DNA from: Candidatus Polarisedimenticolaceae bacterium
Lineage (GTDB): Bacteria > Acidobacteriota > Polarisedimenticolia > Polarisedimenticolales > DASRJG01
NCBI GenBank assembly: GCA_036275915.1
Contig: DASUCV010000009.1
Coordinates: 223,198-287,197, forward strand
Reading direction: 5' to 3'
Length of the DNA stretch: 64,000 bases
The notes under the pieces were generated by a model. It ran no database searches, was not told the DNA's origin, and saw only the letters and a list, made by a program, of their open reading frames with translations. Below, one piece after another: positions 1-7,755 of this stretch. Each line of letters opens with the position of its first letter. Position 1 is the first letter of the stretch. Position numbers and translations under genes: made by a program.

Positions 1-3000
1 GGGCGGATCGCCGGGATCACCGAGATGACATCGTCGTCCGGCTCCGGCTCGACGCAGGTCACGCTCCAGTTCGACCTCTCGCGCAACATCGACGCCGCCG
101 CCCGCGACGTGCAGGCCGCCATCAACGCGGCGCGCGGCCAGCTCCCGGCGAACCTGCCGGGCAACCCCTCCTACAAGAAGGCGAACCCCGCGGACGCGCC
201 GATCATGCTCCTGGCGCTCACCTCGGACACGGTCGAGCGCGCAAGGATGTACGACGTCGCCTCGACGATCCTGCAGCAGAAGCTCGCGGAGCTGCGCGGT
301 GTCGGCCAGGTCGTCGTCGGGGGCGGTGCGTTGCCCGCGGTCCGCGTCGAGCTCGATCCGGCGGCCGTCTACGACAGCGGCCTCGCGCTCGAGGACGTGC
401 GCACCGCCCTCGCGGCGGCGAACGCGAACCGCCCGAAGGGCGACGTGGGCGACGACAAGCGCCTCTGGTCGGTGACGACGAGCGATCAGCTCCTGAAGGC
501 CGCCGAGTACGAGCCGCTCGTCATCAGCGCCCACGGCAGCGCCGCGGTGCGCCTGGCCGACATCGCGCGCGTCACCGACTCGGTCGAGGACCTCCACGCG
601 ACCGGCCTCGCCAACGGCAAGCCCGCGATCATCCTCATCATCTTCCGGCAGCCCGGCGCCAACATCATCGAGACGGTCGACCGCATCCGCGGCGTGCTGC
701 CGCAGCTCCGGGCGTCGCTCCCGCACGGCGTCGAGCTGCAGGTCATGATCGACGCCACCCGGACGATCCGGGCGTCGGTGCGCGACGTCGAGATCACGCT
801 CTTGATCGCGATCGGGCTCGTCGTCCTCGTCGTCTTCGCCTTCCTGAGGAGCGCGCGCTCGACGTTCATCCCGAGCGTGGCGGTGCCGATCTCCCTGATC
901 GGTACGTTCGGCGTCATGTACCTCCTCGGCTACAGCATCGACAACCTGTCGCTCATGGCCCTGACGGTCGCGACCGGGTTCGTCGTCGACGACGCGATCG
1001 TCGTCGTCGAGAACGTCACGCGGCATCTCGAGGAGGGGCGGACGCCGCTCGATGCCGCCCTGATCGGCGCCAGGGAGATCGGCTTCACCGTCGTCTCGAT
1101 CAGCCTCTCGCTCATCGCGGTCTTCATCCCGATCCTCTTCATGGGCGGGATCATCGGCCGCCTGTTCCGCGAGTTCGCCGTCACCCTCTCGGTCGCGATC
1201 GCGGTGTCGCTCGTCGTGTCGCTCACGACGACTCCGATGATGTGCGCCATGCTGCTGCGCCCGCACGGCACGACGCGCCAGGGGCGTCTCGCCGCGGCCG
1301 GCGAGCGCGCGTTCGATTTCATCCTCCGCGTGTACGGGCGGGGGCTCGACTGGGTGCTCCGCCATCAGCCCCTCACGCTCGCGGTGACCCTCCTCACGAT
1401 GGCGGGCACCGCCGCGCTCTACGTCGTCGTCCCCAAGGGGTTCTTCCCGCAGCAGGACACCGGCCGCATGAACGGCTCGCTCGTCGCCGATCAGGACGCC
1501 TCGTTCCAGGCGACGAACAAGAAGCTCTCGGCCCTCGTGGCGACCGTCATGAAGGACCCGGCGATCGAGAGCGCCGCCGGCTTCATCGGCGGCTCTTCGA
1601 ACACCGGCCGCGTCTTCGTCGGCCTGAAGCCCACGAGCGAGCGGACCGCCACCCCCGATCAGGTCATCGCGCGCCTGCGCGGCAAGCTCTCCGGCGTCCC
1701 CGGCGCGACGCTCTACCTCCAGGCCGTCCAGGACGTCCGCGTCGGCGGACGGTTCGGGGCGGCGCAGTACCAGTACACGCTCCAGGGGGACGACCCCGAC
1801 GAGCTCTCGTCATGGGCGCCGCGCGTCTACGCGAAGCTGCGCAGCCTCCCCATGCTCGCCGACGTCAACACCGACCAGCAGAACAAGGGCCTGCGCGCCT
1901 CGCTCACGATCGATCGCGCCACGGCCTCGCGCCTCGGCATCACGACGCAGCGCATCGACGACACGCTCTACGACGCGTTCGGGCAGCGCCAGGTCTCGAC
2001 GATGTACACGCAGCTCAACCAGTACCACGTCGTCATGCAGGTCGACGAGAAGCTCTGGCAGAACCCCGACGGCTTGAAGAGCATCTACATCCCCTCCACG
2101 GACGGCGGGCTCGTGCCGCTGTCCGCCATCGCGCGGTTCGGGAGCGGGACGGCCCCGCTCACCGTCAATCACCAGGGGCAGTTCCCGGCGATCACGATCT
2201 CGTTCAACCTCCCGGTCGGCGTCGCCCTGGGAACGGCGATCACCGCCATCAAGCGCGCCGAGTCGGAGATCGGCCTGCCGTCGTCGATCCGCGGCAGCTT
2301 CCAGGGCACCGCGAAGGAGTTCCAGGCCTCGCTCGCCAACGAGCCGATCCTCATCCTCGCCGCCCTGCTCGCCGTCTACGTCGTCCTCGGGATCCTCTAC
2401 GAGAGCCTCATCCACCCCGTGACGATCCTCTCGACGCTTCCGTCCGCCGGCGTCGGCGCGCTGCTCGCGCTCCTCGCGACGAACACCGAGCTGTCGGTGA
2501 TCGCGCTCATCGGCATCATCCTGCTCATCGGCATCGTGAAGAAGAACGCGATCCTCATGATCGACTTCGCGATCGAGGCGGAGCGCAGCCAGGGCAAGAG
2601 TCCCGAGGAGGCGATCCGCCAGGCGTGCCTCCTGCGGTTCCGGCCGATCACGATGACCACGATGGCCGCGCTCCTGGGCGGCCTGCCGCTCGCGATCGGC
2701 GGGGGCACGGGCTCCGAGCTCCGGCGGCCGCTCGGCATCGCGATCGTCGGCGGCCTCATCTTCAGCCAGATGCTGACGCTCTTCACGACGCCGGTCGTCT
2801 ACCTCTACCTCGACCGCTTCCGTCTCGCGTGGGGACGCCTGCGCGGCAAGGCCGTCCTCCGCCCGGCGCTCTTCGCCGTGCTCGCGCTCCTCCTCACCGC
2901 GTGCGCCGTCGGGCCCGACTACAAGAGGCCGCCGGCGCCGACGCCCGACGCGTACAAGGAGCTGCCGCCCGGTGCGCAGACGCTGCGGCCCGCGAGGCCG

Positions 3001-4287
3001 GAGGACAGCCACGCGCGCGGCCCCTGGTGGGAGGTCTACGGCGATCCCGAGCTGAGCACGCTCGAGGCCCAGGTCGACGTCTCGAGCCAGACGATCGCGC
3101 AGGCCGAGGCCGAGTACCGGGGGGCGCGCGCGGCGGCGCGCCTCGCGCACGCAGGCCTGTATCCCACGATCTCCACGAACCCCTCGGTGATCCGCTCGAA
3201 GGGCGTTTCCCGGTCGACGCTCACCGCGTCCTCGTCCCCCACCACGTTCTATGAAGTCCCGGTGGACTTCTCGTGGGAGGCGGATCTCTTCGGCCGCCTG
3301 CGGCGGACCGCCGAGGAGGGCGCCGCGCAGGCGCAGGCCTCGGCCGCCGATCTCGAAGGCGTGCGCCTCGCGATGCACGCGGAACTGGCGGTCGATTACT
3401 TCGAGCTGCGCGGGCTCGATGCCGAGGCGAAGCTCTTCGACACGACGGTCGATGCGTACAACGTCGCGCTCGAGCTGACGAAGAACCGCTACGCCCAGGG
3501 CGTCGCTTCCGGCGTCGACGTCGCGCAGGCCGAGACGCAGCTCGAATCGACGCACGCCCAGGCGACCGACCTTCGCCTCCAGCGCACCCAGCTCGAGCAC
3601 GCGATCGCGGTCCTCATGGGGAAACCGCCCTCCGAGTTCTCGCTTCCACCCGGTCAACCGCTCGCCGAGCCCCCCGGCGTTCCCGTCGGACTACCGTCCG
3701 ACCTCCTCGAGCAGCGCCCCGACGTCGCCGCCGCCGAGCGGCGCGCCGCCGCAGCGAACGCCGCGATCGGCGTCGCCCAGGCGGCGTACTTCCCCTCTCT
3801 GACCCTCAGCGCGTCGGGCGGCTTCGCCAGCTCCGCGCTCGGCGACCTCTTCTCGCTTCCGAGCCGCTTCTGGTCGATCGGCGCGGCCGCGCTCGAGACG
3901 ATCTTCGATGGTGGACGCCGACGCGCGGCCAAGAACCAAGCGATCGCCGGCTACGATGCGTCCGTCGCCGCGTATCGCGAGAGCGTGCTCACCGCGCTGC
4001 AGCAGGTCGAGGACAACCTCGCAGCGCTCCGCGACCTCGAGGTGGAAGCCTCCGAGCAGGCGAAGGCGACCGCCGCCGCGGAGCGCGCGCTCTCCCTGGC
4101 GCAGAACCGCTACAAAGCCGGGATCACGTCGTACCTCGAGGTCGTCGTCGCGCAAGCGGTCGCGCTCGGCGACGAGCGGGCGTCGGTCGATCTGTCGGTG
4201 CGGCGCATGGTGGCGAGCGTCAACCTGGTCCAGGCTCTCGGCGGCGGGTGGAACGCGGAGGAGCTTCGCTCAGGACTCCAGAAATAG
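1..4287 (+). CDS. RND (HAE1, MdtB/MdtC-like) efflux permease, 5'-truncated by the window edge, continuing in frame without a stop into a NodT/OprM-type outer-membrane-factor lipoprotein
   Basis: Frame 1 is open from base 1 (GRIAGITE precedes the first ATG at 25), so the 5' end lies outside the window. The sequence is MdtC-like (SSGSGSTQVTLQFDLSRNIDAAARDVQAAINAA..., multi-TM pattern, ...TTPVVYLYLDRF). From about 2839 the same frame encodes a signal peptide plus lipobox (ALLLTAC) and AVGPDYKRP..., the hallmark N-terminus of NodT-family OMFs, ending ...LVQALGGGW. No stop codon lies between the two parts. Confidence 0.85.
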   Translation, partial: GRIAGITEMTSSSGSGSTQVTLQFDLSRNIDAAARDVQAAINAARGQLPANLPGNPSYKKANPADAPIMLLALTSDTVERARMYDVASTILQQKLAELRGVGQVVVGGGALPAVRVELDPAAVYDSGLALEDVRTALAAANANRPKGDVGDDKRLWSVTTSDQLLKAAEYEPLVISAHGSAAVRLADIARVTDSVEDLHATGLANGKPAIILIIFRQPGANIIETVDRIRGVLPQLRASLPHGVELQVMIDATRTIRASVRDVEITLLIAIGLVVLVVFAFLRSARSTFIPSVAVPISLIGTFGVMYLLGYSIDNLSLMALTVATGFVVDDAIVVVENVTRHLEEGRTPLDAALIGAREIGFTVVSISLSLIAVFIPILFMGGIIGRLFREFAVTLSVAIAVSLVVSLTTTPMMCAMLLRPHGTTRQGRLAAAGERAFDFILRVYGRGLDWVLRHQPLTLAVTLLTMAGTAALYVVVPKGFFPQQDTGRMNGSLVADQDASFQATNKKLSALVATVMKDPAIESAAGFIGGSSNTGRVFVGLKPTSERTATPDQVIARLRGKLSGVPGATLYLQAVQDVRVGGRFGAAQYQYTLQGDDPDELSSWAPRVYAKLRSLPMLADVNTDQQNKGLRASLTIDRATASRLGITTQRIDDTLYDAFGQRQVSTMYTQLNQYHVVMQVDEKLWQNPDGLKSIYIPSTDGGLVPLSAIARFGSGTAPLTVNHQGQFPAITISFNLPVGVALGTAITAIKRAESEIGLPSSIRGSFQGTAKEFQASLANEPILILAALLAVYVVLGILYESLIHPVTILSTLPSAGVGALLALLATNTELSVIALIGIILLIGIVKKNAILMIDFAIEAERSQGKSPEEAIRQACLLRFRPITMTTMAALLGGLPLAIGGGTGSELRRPLGIAIVGGLIFSQMLTLFTTPVVYLYLDRFRLAWGRLRGKAVLRPALFAVLALLLTACAVGPDYKRPPAPTPDAYKELPPGAQTLRPARPEDSHARGPWWEVYGDPELSTLEAQVDVSSQTIAQAEAEYRGARAAARLAHAGLYPTISTNPSVIRSKGVSRSTLTASSSPTTFYEVPVDFSWEADLFGRLRRTAEEGAAQAQASAADLEGVRLAMHAELAVDYFELRGLDAEAKLFDTTVDAYNVALELTKNRYAQGVASGVDVAQAETQLESTHAQATDLRLQRTQLEHAIAVLMGKPPSEFSLPPGQPLAEPPGVPVGLPSDLLEQRPDVAAAERRAAAANAAIGVAQAAYFPSLTLSASGGFASSALGDLFSLPSRFWSIGAAALETIFDGGRRRAAKNQAIAGYDASVAAYRESVLTALQQVEDNLAALRDLEVEASEQAKATAAAERALSLAQNRYKAGITSYLEVVVAQAVALGDERASVDLSVRRMVASVNLVQALGGGWNAEELRSGLQK
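2839..2904 (+). other. Internal lipoprotein signal peptide and lipobox at the RND/OMF junction
   Basis: Codons 2839-2904 read L-RGKAVLRPALFAVLALLLTAC: a basic n-region, a hydrophobic core, and the lipobox L-T-A-C with the Cys codon at 2902-2904. The only conceivable in-frame initiators nearby are CTG 2839 and GTG 2878. Confidence 0.7.
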
Positions 4288-5529
4288 CTCCCCGCTCGCC
4301 GGATCGTACGAGAACAGCTCCGCGTAGCGCCCCCAGTTGATGACGTTCTCCAGCTCCTCATCGGCGTGCTCGCCGTACTCGTCCTTGAATCGGTCGAGGA
4401 AGTAGCCGCGGTCGATGCGCTGGTTGTCGTCCTGCTGAAGCGCCTCGTAGATCTTGTTCACGACCGGGATCCGCAGCACGCGTCCCGCGATCAGCTCCTT
4501 GCGCGCGAGGATGCTCGCCTCGGCGTAGGCGGAACCCAGCGGTGCGAGCGAGAGGTCGCCCTCGGCGACCGTGAGCATGCCGAGCAGCTCGCCGAGTTCG
4601 ACGACGGGGAGGACGTCGTCGATCTCGAGGGTCAGCTCGGCGGCGAGGCGGTACAGGTCCGCGCGTCCGCCCTCGGCGGCGAGCTTCTCGACGAGACCGG
4701 CGAGCGCGTTCGGGCGTGCCTTCGGCAGGCGCCGTCCCGCCTGGCGGACCTCGCCCTCGGGCCTCGTCTTGCCCGCGACCGCCGCGTAGACGGTGTCGAC
4801 GATCGCCTGGAACGCCGTGTCCTTGCGCCGGCGTGGGTGGCGCAGCGTCACCGGGATCTCGACCACGACCCGTCCGGGGTCCTTCCCCATGACGACGATG
4901 CGGTCGGCCATGAGCACCGCCTCCTCGATGTTGTGGGTCACCATGAGGATCGCCTTCGTCGGGATGGCGTGCGACGACCACAGCTCGAGCAGCTCGCCGC
5001 GGAGCGCCTCGGCCGAGAGCACGTCGAGCGCCGAGAACGGCTCGTCGAGGCAGAGCAGCTCCGGCTCGACCGCCATCGCGCGCGCGAAGCCGACCTTCTG
5101 CCGCATCCCACCCGACAGCTCTCGGGGGTACGCCGCCTCGAAGCCGTCGAGCCCGACCATGTCGATGAGCTTGCGGGCGCGCTCCTCGCGCTCGGGGCGC
5201 GGGATGCCGCGGGCGCGGAGGGCGACCTCGACGTTCTCCTGCACGGTGAGCCACGGGTAGAGGGCGAAGGTCTGGAAGACGATCGTCGCGTGCGGGTTCA
5301 CGCCCTCGACCGGGACGCCGCGGTAGCGCACCTGCCCCTCGGTCGCGGGGCTGAGACCGGTGATCACGCGCAGGAGCGACGACTTGCCGCAGCCCGACGG
5401 GCCCAGGAGGCACACGAACTGTCCCGCATCGACCTCGAGCGAGACTCCGGAGACGGCGACGAAGAGCTTGGGGGGACGCCCGTACGTCTTCGTCACCCGG
5501 TCCACGTTGAGAAGCGCTTCTCCGCTCAT
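4270..5529 (-). CDS. ABC transporter ATP-binding protein (NitT/TauT-like) with a roughly 160-aa C-terminal extension (AAA-associated C-terminal domain type)
   Basis: Walker A GPSGCGKSS, Q-loop, signature LSGGMRQKV, Walker B LLCLDEPFSALD and H-loop VTHN are present. An extra C-terminal domain follows (...LYRLAAELTLEIDDVLPVVELGELLGML...). The 3' end overlaps the convergent RND-OMF gene by 18 bp. Confidence 0.9.
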   Translation of the reverse strand: MSGEALLNVDRVTKTYGRPPKLFVAVSGVSLEVDAGQFVCLLGPSGCGKSSLLRVITGLSPATEGQVRYRGVPVEGVNPHATIVFQTFALYPWLTVQENVEVALRARGIPRPEREERARKLIDMVGLDGFEAAYPRELSGGMRQKVGFARAMAVEPELLCLDEPFSALDVLSAEALRGELLELWSSHAIPTKAILMVTHNIEEAVLMADRIVVMGKDPGRVVVEIPVTLRHPRRRKDTAFQAIVDTVYAAVAGKTRPEGEVRQAGRRLPKARPNALAGLVEKLAAEGGRADLYRLAAELTLEIDDVLPVVELGELLGMLTVAEGDLSLAPLGSAYAEASILARKELIAGRVLRIPVVNKIYEALQQDDNQRIDRGYFLDRFKDEYGEHADEELENVINWGRYAELFSYDPASGELFLES

Positions 5530-5539
5530 GGCGTCTCCA

Positions 5540-7243
5540 TCATTCCATGCGGTAGCGCTCTTCCGCGAGCCGGTAGAGCCGCGCCCAGAACACCCGGTTG
5601 ATCAGGACCACGGTGCCGACGAGCGCCAGGGTGCCCGCGAGGAGCATCGCGTAGTTCGCGTCGGCCGTCGCGGCCGCGATCGTCGCGCCGACGCCGACGG
5701 TCTGGTGCGTCTCGCCGCCGAACTCCACGAACTCGGCGACGATGCTGGCGTTCCACGCGCCGCCCGAGGCGGTGATCGCTCCGGTGATGACGAACGGGAA
5801 GAGCGAAGGGAGGACGAGCGTGCGCCATCGCGCCGCGCGCGTGAGACGCAGGAGATCGGTCGTGTCGCGGAGGTCCCGCGGAATCGCCGAGGCTCCCGCG
5901 ATCACGTTGAAGAGCAGATACCACTGCGTCCCCATGAGCATGAGCAGAACCGCCGCCAGGTTGAGGCCGAACGGAAGGCGGAGCAGCACGATGAGGATCA
6001 CGGGGAAGAGCGCCGTCGCGGGGACCGCCGCCAAGACCTGCGCCGCCGGCTGGAGCACCCGCGCGAGCCGCGGCCTCGTCCCGATCACGTAGCCGACAGG
6101 GAGCGTCCAGGCGACGGCGATCAGGAGCGACGCGGCCACGCGCGCGAAGGTCGCGAGGAGGCCCGCGCCGATCGTCTCCCACGAGGCGAGCGACAGCGAG
6201 GCGAGGAGCGACGCGGCACGGACGGCGCCGTAGAGGACGATCGCGACGAGGACGGCCCCCGCGACCCACGCGGGCCATCGAGATTCCTCGCGCCGGGCTC
6301 TGGGCTTCGCGTCCACGGCGAGCGAGGCGCGATCCATCCGATCCCCGAGCGGCGCGATCACGCGCGTCCGGATCTCCGCGGCGAGCCGCGAGCCGTCGAG
6401 GGCGTCGCGGAACCACGACGTCTGCGGCTGCTCGCCCTCCACCGACTCGATCTTGAACTTCGTCGCCCAGGCGAGGAGCGGCCGCCACACGACCTGATCG
6501 AGGACGACGACGATGGCGACGAGCGTGACGACGCCGAGCAGCACCGCGCGAAGATCTCCCGTCGACGCCGCGGTCTGAAGGTACGAGCCGAGCCCGGGCA
6601 GGCGGAAGTCGTGCGACCCGACCTTGAAGATCTCCGACGCCATGAGGAAGAACCAGCCGCCGGCCCAGCTCATCACACTGTTCCAGATGAGGCCGATCGC
6701 GGCGAACGGCAGCTCGAGGACGCGCAGGCGCATCCACGGCGAGAGCCGGAAGATCGAGGCCGCCTCGCGGAGCTCGCTCGGGATCGTCGTGAGCGACTGG
6801 TAGAAGGAGAACGTCAGGTTCCAGGCCTGCGAGGTGAAGATGAGAACGATCGCCGCGACCTCCGCCGCCGCGCGCTGCGGGAGCACGGCGGAGAGTCCGA
6901 GGAGGACGACCGGGAGGAACGAGAGGATCGGCACGCTCTGGAGGACGTCGAGGAGCGGCATCAGGACCTTGCGCGCTCCGGGGTTCCTCGCCGCGGCGTA
7001 GCCGTAGGCCAGGCTGAACCCGAGCGACAGCGCGTAGGCGGCGGCCATCCGGCTCACCGAGAGGAGCGCGTACCACGGGAGCGCACCCGGCGACGTCGAG
7101 ATCTCCGGCCCCGCGATCGCCGTCGGCGCGAAGAAGGCGAGGCGGACGCCCGCATAGAGCAGCGCAGCGATCCCCGCGAAGATGAGGACGTCGGCGAGCG
7201 CCGGCCGCCGCGGAAGTACCGGTCCGAAACGCAGTCGCCTCAC
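5540..7243 (-). CDS. ABC transporter permease with duplicated transmembrane domains (NitT/TauT-type, 567 aa)
   Basis: The polytopic hydrophobic sequence contains two BPD-type permease halves (two EAA-like loops: ...ELREAASIFRLSPW... and ...DLRDTTDLLRLT...). It starts at GTG and overlaps the hemerythrin stop (GTGA). It lies 10 bp upstream of the ATPase gene. Confidence 0.8.
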   Translation of the reverse strand: MRRLRFGPVLPRRPALADVLIFAGIAALLYAGVRLAFFAPTAIAGPEISTSPGALPWYALLSVSRMAAAYALSLGFSLAYGYAAARNPGARKVLMPLLDVLQSVPILSFLPVVLLGLSAVLPQRAAAEVAAIVLIFTSQAWNLTFSFYQSLTTIPSELREAASIFRLSPWMRLRVLELPFAAIGLIWNSVMSWAGGWFFLMASEIFKVGSHDFRLPGLGSYLQTAASTGDLRAVLLGVVTLVAIVVVLDQVVWRPLLAWATKFKIESVEGEQPQTSWFRDALDGSRLAAEIRTRVIAPLGDRMDRASLAVDAKPRARREESRWPAWVAGAVLVAIVLYGAVRAASLLASLSLASWETIGAGLLATFARVAASLLIAVAWTLPVGYVIGTRPRLARVLQPAAQVLAAVPATALFPVILIVLLRLPFGLNLAAVLLMLMGTQWYLLFNVIAGASAIPRDLRDTTDLLRLTRAARWRTLVLPSLFPFVITGAITASGGAWNASIVAEFVEFGGETHQTVGVGATIAAATADANYAMLLAGTLALVGTVVLINRVFWARLYRLAEERYRME

Positions 7244-7731
7244 GGGAGTGGATTTCGCCGGGAGACCGCTCGCATCGCCTCTTCGGCCGTCCGGGGTACG
7301 TCGGGTCCGTCGAAATGGGGCGCGAGCTTGACCGCGGGATAGGCTCGCATCGCGTCGAGCGCTGCGGCGACGTCTCCGGCGGACAGGCCGTCGCAGCTTG
7401 CGTAGACGCCGCCCGCACCTTCCTCACGCTCGTTGTGACCGATCAGAATCGAGCGAATCTCTTCGATGATCGCGGCCGTGGGCGTCGGTACGAGGAGGAG
7501 CGCGAGTGCACCGTGCTCCCGATGCAGCCGGGCAATGATGGACTTGTCGATCTCACCTTTGATCGCCGGGAAGAGGATCTTCTCCTCGATCCCGATATGC
7601 CGCAGCAGCCCCGCGCGGAGATCCTCGTAGCTCGCACGATCGACCTCGCCGGACGGCGTCACCGCCGATGCGAGCAGCGCGTCGAGCCGCTCGTGATCGG
7701 CGGCGAGGAACTTGAGAATCGGTCCCGCCAT
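7240..7731 (-). CDS. Hemerythrin-like (HHE cation-binding) domain protein, 163 aa
   Basis: His/Glu ligand pattern typical of hemerythrin-like domains: AADHERLD, RHIGIEEKILFP, LHREHGAL, IGHNEREE. There is no signal peptide. A 4-bp overlap joins it to the downstream permease gene. Confidence 0.7.
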   Translation of the reverse strand: MAGPILKFLAADHERLDALLASAVTPSGEVDRASYEDLRAGLLRHIGIEEKILFPAIKGEIDKSIIARLHREHGALALLLVPTPTAAIIEEIRSILIGHNEREEGAGGVYASCDGLSAGDVAAALDAMRAYPAVKLAPHFDGPDVPRTAEEAMRAVSRRNPLP

Positions 7732-7755
7732 GCGGCGCGAGTATAGGCGCCGTGC

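Noticed and set aside
1242-3657. Long ORFs inside the RND gene in other frames or antisense (1242-3254 +, 670 aa; 1810-3657 -, 615 aa, and others).
   Set aside because: The translations are Arg/Pro/Gly/Ala/Asp-rich strings with no family-like motifs. They overlap a frame with unmistakable RND/OMF sequence. They are typical stop-codon-poor artefacts of very GC-rich DNA.
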